Below are positions 53,035-64,000 of a stretch of DNA of 64,000 nucleotides, piece after piece (position 1 is the stretch's first letter; each line of letters starts with the position of its first letter). Below the pieces are notes generated by a model. It was given only the letters and a program-made list of their open reading frames with translations, was not told the DNA's origin and searched no databases. The translations under genes and the position numbers were made by a program. The stretch is from the IMG/VR virus record IMGVR_UViG_3300031949_001696; one strand, given 5' to 3'. Source of the stretch: a virus (taxonomy: Duplodnaviria; Caudoviricetes).

Positions 53035-56000
53035 AGAAGACACATTGGCTGTACGGACGCGGTCCCGACAAGATTCTCGACTTCAAGAAAGAGATCGACG
53101 AGGAGAGTGATTGCTCGAAGTGTATCCATCGCGAGGTGTGCAGCTTCGACATGAGCAAGCGATGCGAGAACTATACGTGGGGGACGTCCGAACATGCGTC
53201 GACGAGCTGTCACAGCTGCTCGCGTAGGTTCACGCGTTTCGACGAGCACAAGGTTCCCTGCTTCACGTGTCCTTGGTTCGAGGCGCGAAAAGAGGATGCG
53301 GTGGCCAAAGACGGTGCACAGTGACAGAGCAGGTGTTGCTCCGTGAGCGGCTCGCCGCCATCGCTCGTCGCGGTCGTGTTCCGCTCGCCAGGGTCGTCGA
53401 GGAGCACTTCGAACGATCCGCGATCCGCGAGTATCTCGGCGAGCTGCCGCGCGAAGAGGCGGAGGCCGCGGCGGTGGACGACACGCGCGACGTGCTGGGG
53501 GTGCCTCGGTGAGCGATCAGCCACAGCCCCAGGTGGAGCTGGTCGGGCGTCAGTTCCGCCTGCGCCGCGATCACCACCCCAAGACGCGCGGACGCATCGC
53601 TGTCGTCCTGGATGTCCGCCCATCGCGTAGCACGGGCTGCGGTGTCCGCCTGACGTATCGCTACGAGGACTCTCCTCCGAAGGCGACGCGCCGAGTCTCG
53701 CAGCGCTGGTTTCTGGAGAGCTTCACGCCGATCGTTGAAACAATCGACGAAACGCCCGTGGAGGCACAGTGACTGCCCGTGGTCCCGGATCGAAGACGGT
53801 GCCGCGCCCACGCAGCAAGAAGAGCGAGCTGGACGGGCCCATGCGCGACGTGGTCTACATCTTCGAGGGCGAGGGCAATCGCGGCGGCGGACACTGGCGT
53901 CTCGTCCTCGAGTGCGGGCACTTCGTCGCACGCAAGCGCTACGTGCCTCGGAAGGACACGGCGCTGGTGCACATGATGTTCCGGCCCTTGTCCGAGAAGC
54001 TCGCGCCCAAGCGCGTGCAGTGCCACTACTGCGGATCTGGTTCTCCGAAGCAAGATCCGTGGATCATGGTCAAGGCGCTCGGTGGAGAGGTACCGTGAAG
54101 ATCTTGACAGAGCTGACGCCGTCCGGTGACCTCGTAATTAAGAACTACTACGGCGGCATCACCCAGGATGTGCTGCGTGTCGAGCATTTCCTCGTCGGTG
54201 ATCTCATCCAATCCCTACGCTCGACGCTGTCGGATCGTTATCAGGAATCGATCGAGCACACGAAGCTCGCGCTCGCGTCGTCCCTGCGCCCCGATGTCCT
54301 GGCGACCGTCCGGGACGCGTTCTTGAGCGGTAATGACGTCGAGGCCCTCGCGTTGCTCTCGCACGAGCTGGGGCTCGTCAAAGTCGCATCGCCGCACCCG
54401 GAGTACCGACCGCTCCAGGTCGGTGATCCCGTCGTCGTGATCGCCTACGGCAGGATCCGCAGCTTGGCTGCCGTCGTGAACATCGACGACACGACCCTCT
54501 GTCGCGCACCCTATGTCATCGGACTGTTCAGCGGTGGCCTCGGATACGACGGTCCCAACTGGGATCCTGGTGCCGACGCGTCGGACTACCGCAGCTTCGA
54601 CGCGATGGCCGACGAGGTTCGCTACTGCGATCCACCAGCGCACCTCGAAGAGCGCGCCCGTAAGGACGACGAGGAGGATCCGCGACCATGAAGATTGGGG
54701 TCTATGTCACCGTCGATCATTTCGGCAAGGCGCCGCTGGCCTCACGCCCGCTCTGTCAGGGCTGCACGCCACCTTCCGTCGACGGGCGATCGGAGTCCGC
54801 GATCGTCCCTGAGCGTGCCGAGTACCAGGTCGTCGGCGCCTCGGGCACCCTCGCGCTCTGCCGCGACTGCGCGATCCACGCGATCAAGTCGCTCGCCGCG
54901 CGCTTCATGCTGTTCGACCCGAGCGCGACGCGCGATCTCATGAGCTTCTTCGCGGCCGAAGCGGGCAAGAAGCGACCCGCTGCCCGCAAGAAGCGACGCG
55001 CGCCCAAGCGCGTGATCGACGTCGCCGCGCCGCTCCTCCTGGAAGAGAAGAAAAGGTCCTCGTGACCATGGACCTCGCCGTCCTCCGCGATCGCCTACGC
55101 GCGGAGCTGTCCCAGCTCACGTACGAGATGGTGGAGCTGATGCACCCAGAGACCCGTGCTCAGCACGCCGCGCTGTCGATCGAGTCGTCCGAGCGCGTGA
55201 AGGACCACGTCTATCGGATGACGATCGCGGTCATCGACGGCGAGGTCAACTTCTTCGTGCACGTGCACGGCGCCAGCAAGGACTTCACCACGCAGGGAAC
55301 GCAGCGCTTTCGCAAGGTATGCACGAGTCTCGACGAGGTGTTCACCATCGTGCGCAGCTGCTGGACGGGAAGGGCGCCCTCGTGAACCTCCCGGCCGCTC
55401 TCCGCAAGGCGCTCGCCGTCGTCCGCGACGAGAAGCGCGCGGCGTACCTTCAGAGTTCCTCATCGCGCTACCGGTTGATCCCGGAGCAGCACCACCGGTT
55501 CGGAGTCGACGACAGCCTTTGCGACAAGTGGAGCCGCGCGTGATGCCCAAGATTTTCGCGCGCAGGTGCCACGCGACGTGGCTGCTCGTGAACGGACGTG
55601 CTGCGCTGGGCACGATCGGACTTGCGGTGCTCACTTTCGGTGGCCGGAAGTGAGCTGCCCGCGCGGCCCGCGCACCATTATCACCGAGAGAGATGTGCAC
55701 CGCATGGCCCAACGCTACCGGATCGCCATGAAGAAGACGAACAGACAACTCGACGCGGAGAGCCCGATGACACTACCGAAGAAAGAAGCGGAAGCTGCGA
55801 CGGCCGATGACCTCTCGCTCGAGCAGCTAACGGACCTGGTGGGCGAGGCAAGTGGCTGGAACGACCGCGCGAACATCACGTTCCGGCGCGAAATCGATCG
55901 GTCCAGGGTGCCGCACCGATCCTACGTCGCGGTGAGCGTCGAGATCTGCGGCGGCAAGGCGTCGGTGAGTGCGGGCGGTGCTGATCATCGTAAGGCGCTC

Positions 56001-56126
56001 GTCGCGCTACTCCAGAACATCGAGATGCACCATCGCGAGATCGCGCGCTGGCACAAGCAGCGCTGCGTACGGACGCGAGAAATTCTCGACGCCCACGGCA
56101 TCTACCACGTGAAGGAGGATCTGTAG

Positions 56127-56477
56127 ATGCGCGCGGACGTGGACGGAAGGCCGATTCGAAGAAGCCCGCACGATGGCACCTGCGTCGACGCACGGGGCTG
56201 GGTGACCTACTCCGACGACATGACCTGGAGCATCCCGCGTCTCGACATGCCGTGCCCGCTGCGTCGCGGGCTGCCGTGGTCACCCGCGGAAGATCACGCG
56301 CTGCTTCGCCGCACCCGCCAGCTTGCCGAGGATCCGTGCGTCCGCGACGCCGCAGGCGTGCTCGCAAAGGAGCATCAGCGAACCACGTGCTCGATCGCGA
56401 TGCGGCTCAACTCGCTGCGCGTGGGACTCCGGCTCGCCGCGATTGGCAAGCTCGCCGAGGGCATTGGCCATGGATGA
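56127..56477 (+). CDS. Myb/SANT-like HTH protein
   Basis: PWSPAED..L...A....RT..SI..RL. Confidence 0.5.
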   Translation: MRADVDGRPIRRSPHDGTCVDARGWVTYSDDMTWSIPRLDMPCPLRRGLPWSPAEDHALLRRTRQLAEDPCVRDAAGVLAKEHQRTTCSIAMRLNSLRVGLRLAAIGKLAEGIGHG

Positions 56478-57008
56478 CAACAGAAGACCGCGGCGGTGCG
56501 AGTGCCCACACTGCGTCGTGCGTAAGCGGGTGGTCGACGGCAAGCTCGAAGAGCACGCCATCACCGTCGTGCAGATCGCGGACGACCAGCGATCGACGTG
56601 CTCGCTGACGTACCGTTGCCCCGCGAGCGGCGCGGAAGTCAGCGAATGGAAGGACATTGGCCGTGGATGGTGATCTGGACAGCGTGCCCGAAGAGCACGA
56701 ACGCGAAGATCCCGAGCTGACCGCCGTTGAGCGGGAGGCGCTCCTGGCCTTCCTGCGCGAGACCAACCTGACCTCGTGCGACTTCTGCGGTGACAGTGGA
56801 TGCAGCGATCCCGACTGCTGGCGCTGCCACTCACCCGTCGGACCGGAGAACCTGCGCGCTCTAGCCAAGAACCTCGCGACCGCCGCGATGCTGTGCAGGT
56901 CCTGGCAACTCGGTTGGACCGCAGGTTCAGATCCGCGCATGGACGACGGCGCGCCGGAGTGGCGCCCCGGCTGCGGGACGGAGGCGTCGTGAAGACAGGA
57001 GATGGCTC

Positions 57009-57617
57009 ATGACCGTCGATATCGCCAAGTTGCACGCGTTGTTGGATGCCGTGCCGTGCGCAGAAGGTTGGACGTACGGCGGCGTAAGCGGAATCATTGA
57101 GACGTCGCAACGCGCGAACAATGGCGACATCTATGGCCGAACGTGCTTCGTGCCGGATGATCAAGACCAGCGTGAATACGACGATCGCGCCACCGAGTCC
57201 GTAATCGCGGAAGCCGCGCTCGCCGTGGCCGCCGTCAACGCGTTGCCGGAGCTGTCGGCGGAAGTGGAAGTCTGGCGTGCCGCGATCAAGGCAGCCCGCA
57301 CGGCGCTGTCGTCTAACGGGCACTGCGGCGAGGGCAGCCTTGCCGAGATGATCGCGCGAGCGCTCACCGAGGCAAGGCAAGCCGGTCGCGACGAGATGCA
57401 CGAAGTCGCGCGCGCGCTGATGGATGCTGATCGCGCGTTCGACGGCGCGCTGACGCGTGACTGGACCGGCGCCATCGCGGAGAGAGTTCGCCCCCTCGTA
57501 GCGGTGTACGAGGCAGCCAGTGCGCACGTCGACAAGTTTCGGCACACGCACGATCCCCTTCAAGGCGCGGCACAGCTGTTCGATGCCGTCGATGCCGCTC
57601 GAAAGACAGGCGCATGA
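57009..57617 (+). CDS. Ead/Ea22-like protein, paralog of 3001-3312
   Basis: See paralog. Confidence 0.6.
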   Translation: MTVDIAKLHALLDAVPCAEGWTYGGVSGIIETSQRANNGDIYGRTCFVPDDQDQREYDDRATESVIAEAALAVAAVNALPELSAEVEVWRAAIKAARTALSSNGHCGEGSLAEMIARALTEARQAGRDEMHEVARALMDADRAFDGALTRDWTGAIAERVRPLVAVYEAASAHVDKFRHTHDPLQGAAQLFDAVDAARKTGA

Positions 57618-57702
57618 GCGGCATCTTCATCGTCGACTTGAGATGCAACTGCGGTTGGACGAAGGTGCTCAGCTTTCATCGCAACGGCGACACGCCTGCG
57701 CA

Positions 57703-57737
57703 GTTTCAATCACGCATCAACAGCAGCAGGGCGCGAT
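57703..57737 (-). repeat. degenerate solitary type I-C-like repeat
   Basis: ATCGCGCCCTGCTGCTGTTGATGCGTGATTGAAAC; both ends are I-C-like, the stem is weak. Confidence 0.45.
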
Positions 57738-58001
57738 TGTACGATTGCACGTGGGCACCATGAAACGACCGATCCACGAAAGCCACCGAATGGGCAGGTC
57801 GTTTTCGGACGTGCGTGCCCCCGCCGGCACGCCGCGCTTCTACAGCGTGCGTCGCTGCATCGGCTGCGAGGGAGAGGAGATCGAGCACGCCGCGGGGCAG
57901 TTCACCGACGACGACCTGGTGCGACCGTGCTCGGTGCCACCGTCAGAGGGGAAGGCTAAGATCCGTTCCACTCCGAAGTCCAAGCGCCGGAGGTCCCGCA
58001 C

Positions 58002-58418
58002 GTGAGCATCCTCAAGACGCCCTTCTACACGCTCGACGAGGCCGGCGATCCGGTCCCGTGCGAGGACATGCTGACGTGGGCCACCTGGTTCGCGAAAAAT
58101 CACGAGGCCCGTGTTGTCGTGAAGACAGAGCTTGCCTCCGGCACCACCGTGTCGACGGTTTTTCTCGGCATTGATCATGGTTTCCGCGACGGCGATCCGG
58201 TGCTCTGGGAGACGATGATGTTCGGCGGCGCCTACGACCTCGCGTGCGATCGCTATCGGTCGCGAAAGGACGCTCTCGTCGGCCACGAGATGTGGGTCCT
58301 GGTTGCCAAGGGCGAGATGACGCCGATCGACGCCCGACAGCTCAAGGCCGGTTTTCCGACGTTGCAGCCCGGCGGTCAGGTTCAGGACCTGAAGAAGCAG
58401 AAGAAGGAGCAGGCGTGA
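58002..58418 (+). CDS. conserved phage hypothetical protein
   Basis: VSTVFLGIDH...WETMMFGG...RY.....A..GH. Confidence 0.75.
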   Translation: MSILKTPFYTLDEAGDPVPCEDMLTWATWFAKNHEARVVVKTELASGTTVSTVFLGIDHGFRDGDPVLWETMMFGGAYDLACDRYRSRKDALVGHEMWVLVAKGEMTPIDARQLKAGFPTLQPGGQVQDLKKQKKEQA

Positions 58419-59470
58419 GCGCCGTGAAGCTACTCCCCATGAGCACCGATCCCCGCGGCGGCTGGCCACTCCGCGGCGACGGTCGCCAAACGCCTCCGTC
58501 GGAACCCGGCGAGGCCGTGCTCGTCGAGTCGGCGTTCGCCGGTCCGAAAGCATTCACCGGCCTCCGCGTCGGACCAGATCACCGCCTCTGGGAACTCGGA
58601 CCCGGCGGGCTCACCCGCGTCACGACGGCTGGTATCTGGCGCGTCGACGAGGTCACGATCGACGGGGGCGTGATCGAGCACGTCGTCGCCACCCTGGAGG
58701 CCGAGGCTTTCGTCTGTGCGGATCGGAGTGTGCTCGTGGTGCACGGTGCGTTCGGCGTCGGCTCTCGCGTCGCGATCCGGGCCACGAATATCGGCGGCAC
58801 CGCCGCGTACTTCTACGCCACGTGGGAGCTGGAGGACGTCGACGCGGATCGAGCCGTGGCCGAGACGGAAGGCGAAGTGATGAATTCGCCACTCGTCCGT
58901 CTCTTCACGCCGGAGCAGGCCCATCCGTATGAGGGGATGATCATCTGCCGCGATCACCTGAGGCAGGTCCTCCCCGGCGACGGGCCTCCGTTCATCCTGG
59001 AAGAGATCGCCGTGGATCAGGCCGCGTTCTGGAACCACCGCTGCCTCATGTGCGAAGTCGAACCGGCTCCGGGACGGTTGTGCGAGAACGAGGACTGTCG
59101 TCGGCCGCTGCACCCCGAGTGGCCCGCGGTCTACTGCTGCAACGACTGCGCCCTAGAGGACGCGTGATAGAGCCATGCACGCCGAGGCCATTCCCGAACC
59201 CATCGACGACGACTGCGCGCTCGTGCCCGTGCGCTGGACGTCCGAGGAGCTGCATCGAGAGAAGGATCGCCGCTTGGCCGCCGATCTCGTGGCGCTCGGC
59301 CGGCGTCCCCGCTGGTGGCGCTTCCGGGCGCGGCGGTGCTACGACCGATCGGCACGACGGCTCAGGAAGGCGCGCATGTACGAGCTTCAAGTGATCCTCG
59401 CTGCGCAGGATCCGAGACTCCGCGCAGAAATGGTGGTCTATGTCGGGTGGATCCTGTCGAGGAGGGACCG

Positions 59471-60097
59471 ATGAAGGTCAAGCGCGCATGGAGACCACCG
59501 CGCGACCTCGACACCGCGTGCCACAAGCTCTGCGTCGAGCTGAACAAGCTGCCTGGGATCACGACGGACTCGAGCTGCGAGGGGCACGGCAGGCAGCCGC
59601 CGTGCATCTGGTTGCACGCCGCGTCGATCCGCGCGCTCGAACCGATCGCGCGCGCGGTCGATCCTCGCTACTACGGACAGCCCAAGAATCCGTGGCGCCT
59701 TGAGCTGACCGAGAGCGACTACTGCCACGATCGCGTGATGTTCCTTCTGACCTGCGAGGGCATTCCTCGCAGACGACAGAAACACCTCGATTTACTCGCA
59801 CGCTGCCTCGCAGACGCGACGCTCGTGCTCGATCGCTGGACGAAGGAGCACTGGTGCAGCACGTTGTGGTGGGATCCGAGCTGTCGTGAGAGCGGCTACG
59901 CGGACGTCCCCGCGGCACCCCGGCGCCGTCGCATGCCGCTCGGTCAGCTCATGATCTTCGGCGCGAAGATCACGCGCCGTCGCGCGGGTCAGTGGGACGT
60001 ACGGCGCGGCAAGACCGTCGAGACCTTCCGTACGCGAAAGGCGGCGTTTCAGCATGCGCACGGCGGTATTTCACGCATCTCGACAGAGGACCGATGA
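59471..60097 (+). CDS. hypothetical protein (LN..PGI.T.SSCEGH motif)
   Basis: Motif; RBS GGAGG. Confidence 0.6.
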   Translation: MKVKRAWRPPRDLDTACHKLCVELNKLPGITTDSSCEGHGRQPPCIWLHAASIRALEPIARAVDPRYYGQPKNPWRLELTESDYCHDRVMFLLTCEGIPRRRQKHLDLLARCLADATLVLDRWTKEHWCSTLWWDPSCRESGYADVPAAPRRRRMPLGQLMIFGAKITRRRAGQWDVRRGKTVETFRTRKAAFQHAHGGISRISTEDR

Positions 60098-60291
60098 AGG
60101 CTAGCGACTACGAGATCGAAACGGGCCGCCGCGATCAATCCGGGCCTCACGAGATCTCCTTGATCCGCCGCTTCCTCTGCTGGCTGCGCGGCCACGCGTG
60201 GGACAAAGGCCACGCGCATGGCTGGTCTGGTTACGTCACCTACCGGTGTCAGCGCTGTCGGCGCACCACGTGGACGCAGTTCGACTTCTAG
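60094..60291 (+). CDS. zinc-binding protein, paralog of 27244-27381
   Basis: See paralog. Confidence 0.75.
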   Translation: MKASDYEIETGRRDQSGPHEISLIRRFLCWLRGHAWDKGHAHGWSGYVTYRCQRCRRTTWTQFDF

Positions 60292-60622
60292 GAAGGAGCA
60301 TCACCATGAGTCTCTTCTGCACCGCTTGTGGCTGCTCGTACGGGACCCCGCGCGAGGCTGGCGAAGCCTGCGGCGATCTCTCGTGCTGGTCGAGGATCGC
60401 CTGTGCAGGTGTCCTGCGCGATGTTCCCTACGACGATGACGTGCGGAGGTTGCAAGAAACAGCACTCGCTCGAGACATCGAAGGCGAGCTGCTCGCGAGC
60501 GTTTTGGCCGGCAAGCGAGGTCTCGATGATGTCGCACTGCACCGCGCTAGAACCGAGGCCGCTGAGAGGGCCCGAGAACTCGCGGCAGAGCGCGCTCGCA
60601 GGATCGCGAAAGCGGAGGGACG

Positions 60623-60859
60623 ATGAGCGACGAAGCCCCCCACGAGAGCAGCCCCAAAGCCGCACGTCCCACGCACTACAAGATCGTGTGTCTCTCGATT
60701 TACACGACCGATCTGAGCGAGCTCGACCGTAAGGTCGATGCACTGAAGCAGCTCGGATGGTCGAGGGCGAACCGTTCGCACCTGATCCGGATCGCGCTGT
60801 CTCGGTTGACCGACGACGAGCTGGACGCGATCGCCGACGAGCAGCGAGGGTGCCATTGA
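60623..60859 (+). CDS. CopG/RHH-like regulator
   Basis: IVCLSIY..DL.ELD..V..LK..G...ANRSHLIRIAL. Confidence 0.7.
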   Translation: MSDEAPHESSPKAARPTHYKIVCLSIYTTDLSELDRKVDALKQLGWSRANRSHLIRIALSRLTDDELDAIADEQRGCH

Positions 60860-61579
60860 AGGAGAGCTGCGACTGTCCCCACTGCGGAGAGCCGTGCGAT
60901 CGCGAGGAGGTCGACGTCGGTGTTGGCGTGATCCACGGCCCGTGGGGCTGTGCGGGTTGCGGATGGTCGAGCGACGAGGTGTATGACTGTCGTGACGGCG
61001 TCCGCCGCGACGGTGATGACCGAGTGTTCGATCAGTACGGGGTCTCCCACCACATCGACCGGATCGGCGGCAAGGCAGTGCTCGCCGGAATCAACGTCAA
61101 CGACCGCGGAGTAGGTCGAGAAAAGGACACGCCATGATGGACATGATGGTCGCGGTGCTGGGAATCCTGCTGTTCTTATCGTTCGTGTGGGCGCTGAGCG
61201 AACGCGCCCGCTGTCAACTGCTCGCCGAGGATCGAGACTTTTGGCATCGGCTCTATCGTGACACTGACGAGCAGAAGCGCCGCCTGTTCGAGCGCATGCT
61301 GGAGGTCGATCACGACTGCCCAAGAGCGACGCGGTCGTGACCGACGCCGAGTGGGAAGCGCGGCGCAAGCGCGCGATCTTTGCCGCGTTCCAGACGGGCC
61401 GACCGGTGTTCGCCGATTCCGACGGGGAGATGCGCTTCGCCGATGGGGATCACGAGCGGCTTGCCGAAGGCGCCGGCATGCCCAAGACTGCCGTCCCTCA
61501 GCAGGCGACAGTTTCGTCCACCTGGCGGTCGCGGGTGAAAAGCTGGTTCGGAGGTAGGTCGTGAAACCAGCATCGTACG

Positions 61580-64000
61580 ATTTCGGTCGTTAGCAGGCAT
61601 GTTCACGTTTTTTGCCGACGTGTCGATCCCAGCCCACGTCTCCGTCTCGGCCGTCAACCAAACCGAGCAAGTAGTCTCGGCCGTCAACCAACCGAGCAAG
61701 CACGATCACACGCCGACGAAACGCAACAACGGCGACGTGAGGCAGTCTCGGCCGTCAACCGACCGAGCAAGTACGATCACGTAGGCTGTCGGCGTGTCGG
61801 CGTGCAGCTCGGCGAGCTGCAACCGTCTCGGTCGTCAACCAACCGAGCAAGCACGATCACCTCAACCACGATCGCGTCAGCCGCGACGCGACGACGCGAC
61901 GCTAGTCTCGGTCGGTCGTCAACCAACCGAGCAAGTATCACCCGCCAAGGATCTGGCTGACCTCGCGCTCTGTTGGGAGTCTCGGTCGTCAACCAACCGA
62001 GCAAGCACGATCACTTTTCACTTTGGTCCTTGATCAATCACGAAGCTCTTTGTCAGAGTCTCGGTCGTCAACCAACCGAGCAAGCACGATCACACCAGGC
62101 TCCAGGCTCGGTGATCAACCTCAGCGAGCGCTCCACGTCTCGGTTGTCAACCAACCGAGCAAGTACGATCACAAGGGGCATGCGCCGCTCTCGCTCGAGC
62201 TGCTCAAGGTCTCGGTCGTCAACCAACCGAGCAAGTACGATCACAAGGGGCATGCGCCGCTCTCGCTCGAGCTGCTCAAGGTCTCGGTCGTCAACCAACC
62301 GAGCAAGTACGATCACCGTCTACCCTCGGTGCGTTGCTGCGCGACTTGCCGGTCTCGGTCGTCAACCAACCGAGCAAGTACGATCACATGACGTAACTGT
62401 GGACCCAACAACCTAGTCCGGGTCTCGGCCGTCAACCAACCGAGCAAGTACGATCACATCGCTCGTCGGGTGCTAACCTCCTAGCAAAGGGGAGTCTCGG
62501 TCGTCAACCAACCGAGCAAGTACGATCACACGATCCTCAAGGGCGACAACCGCGCCATGACGAAGTCTCGGTCGTCAACCAACCGAGCAAGTACGATCAC
62601 AGACCGAGGCTTCGTTGCAATTGCGGCGTGACCTCCGGTCTCGGTCGTCAAGTACGATCACCCATGTACCGCCCGCACGAGCACGGTGACGGCGAGGAGT
62701 TTTTCCACGTCTCGGTCGTCAACCAACCGAGCAAGTACGATCACGTTCCGTACGCGCTCTTGCGGTCAGCGGTGTCACTGTCTCGGTCGTCAACCAACCG
62801 AGCAAGTACGATCACGAGACCACTGCGTTTCCGCTCGTCGAGGATGCTTTCGTCTCGGTTGTCAACCAACCGAGCAAGTACGATCACTTTTGGTTTCCTC
62901 GTCACAGACTGCGTAGACACTGTCTCGGTCGTCAACCAACCGAGCAAGTACGATCACGCGCAGCGGTGGGGCGGGAAGCTGCCGTACGACGAGTCTCGGT
63001 CGTCAACCAACCGAGCAAGTACGATTACATGGGGCATGCGCCGCTCACAGCTGCGCGCGCTCGTCGAAGCGAAGAACTACGCCCTGTCTCGGTCGTCAAC
63101 CAACCGAGCAAGTACGATCACACAGGAGTCGGCCCAGTGTAGACCCTGGCGGATGGTCGTCTCGGTCGTCAACCAACCGAGCAAGTACGATCACACGCTC
63201 GCGAGCGCGTCAATCGCCGCCGAATGCGTGCAGGGTCTCGGTCGTCAACCAACCGAGCAAGTACGATCACGTGCCGCCTGATACGGGGCCCGCTCGTCGC
63301 GCTTGTCTCGGTCGTCAACCAACCGAGCAAGTACGATCACCCAAGTCCGCCACCTCCAACTGCCGCACGAGGTCCACGTCTCGGTCGTCAACCAACCGAG
63401 CAAGTACGATCACCAGCATCGTGGGCGTCGACGGCGCGACCGCTCACTGGTCTCGGTCGTCAACCAACCGAGCAAGTACGATCACGCTGGACTTGCGCGA
63501 TCCCGCCGTTCGTGTCCGCGAGTCTCGGTCGTCAACCAACCGAGCAAGTACGATCACCTGGCGGGCAGAGACACCTCTGCCTTGGAGGTCTGGTCTCGGT
63601 CGTCAACCAACCGAGCAAGTACGATCACCGCCGATGCCAAGCGCGCGAGCGACAGAACTCGTCGTGTCTCAGTCGTCAACCAACCGAGCAAGTACGATCA
63701 CCGCGCTCTGCCTGCTGCTGCGCAAGCGAATGACTGTGTCTCGGTCGTCAACCAACCGAGCAAGTACGATCACCTGGCGTCGGTCGGTGCCGCCGCCGAG
63801 GAACCGATCGAGTCTCGGTCGTCAACCAACCGAGCAAGTACGATCACTGCGCGAATACCAAACGCGCATGCACGCCCTGTGTGTGTCTCGGTCGTCAACC
63901 AACCGAGCAAGTACGATCACGCGTCGGTGCCTCGGGCGACGATCCGCGGCTCACCTTGTCTCGGTCGTCAACCAACCGAGCAAGTACGATCACCCGGGTG
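61580..64000 (-). CRISPR. CRISPR array, repeat GTGATCGTACTTGCTCGGTTGGTTGACGACCGAGAC (36 nt), continuing past the window end
   Basis: 33 clear repeat copies from 61644 to 63993 plus a very degenerate one at 61580-61606; spacers mostly 34-47 nt; degenerate copies cluster at low coordinates (trailer end). Confidence 0.98.

Noticed and set aside
56280-57563. Long ORFs opposite the dominant gene strand (also 1756-2940, 32159-33331, 36930-38123 and others)
   Set aside because: Arg/Ser/Pro-rich shadow frames typical of GC-rich DNA, overlapping better genes
62468-62478. Spacer contains GGGTGCTAACC, also found in the hybrid cassette end near 8850
   Set aside because: Only 11 nt
61599-63733. ORFs overlapping the CRISPR array
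   Set aside because: Translations of repeats and spacers

Overview
GC-rich window packed with short, overlapping (ATGA/GTGA-coupled) ORFs, many of them Cys-rich hypotheticals. There are no housekeeping genes, rRNA, tRNA, virion genes, transposase or cas gene. It reads as the accessory region of a very large phage or prophage-like element, with weak hints of a Myxococcota host. Genes run mostly on the minus strand from 1 to ~13.45 kb and on the plus strand from 13.56 to 61.56 kb. Recognisable products are a stand-alone VapE/VirE P-loop domain, MazG-like, BtpA-like, GIY-YIG-RHH, several RHH regulators, orphan HicB/MqsA-like antitoxins, SEC-C and Fis/XRE HTH proteins. The window ends in a CRISPR array (about 34 repeats of 36 nt, truncated at 64000). 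Its hairpin covariation indicates minus-strand transcription and a type V-like repeat. Main discoveries from reading the DNA: (1) a family of non-autonomous gene cassettes with ~25-bp terminal inverted repeats, a built-in RBS and 6-bp target duplications. One copy splits a zinc-finger gene that is restored when the cassette is removed. (2) Solitary CRISPR repeats of two types far from the array. (3) An apparent mRNA-antisense bias of the crRNA spacers. (4) A ~550-bp non-coding array of CTGTACAG palindromes separated by hairpins. (5) Recurrent leaderless promoters. All functional calls come from motif recognition by eye, not from database searches. Only a subset of the many hypothetical ORFs is listed.
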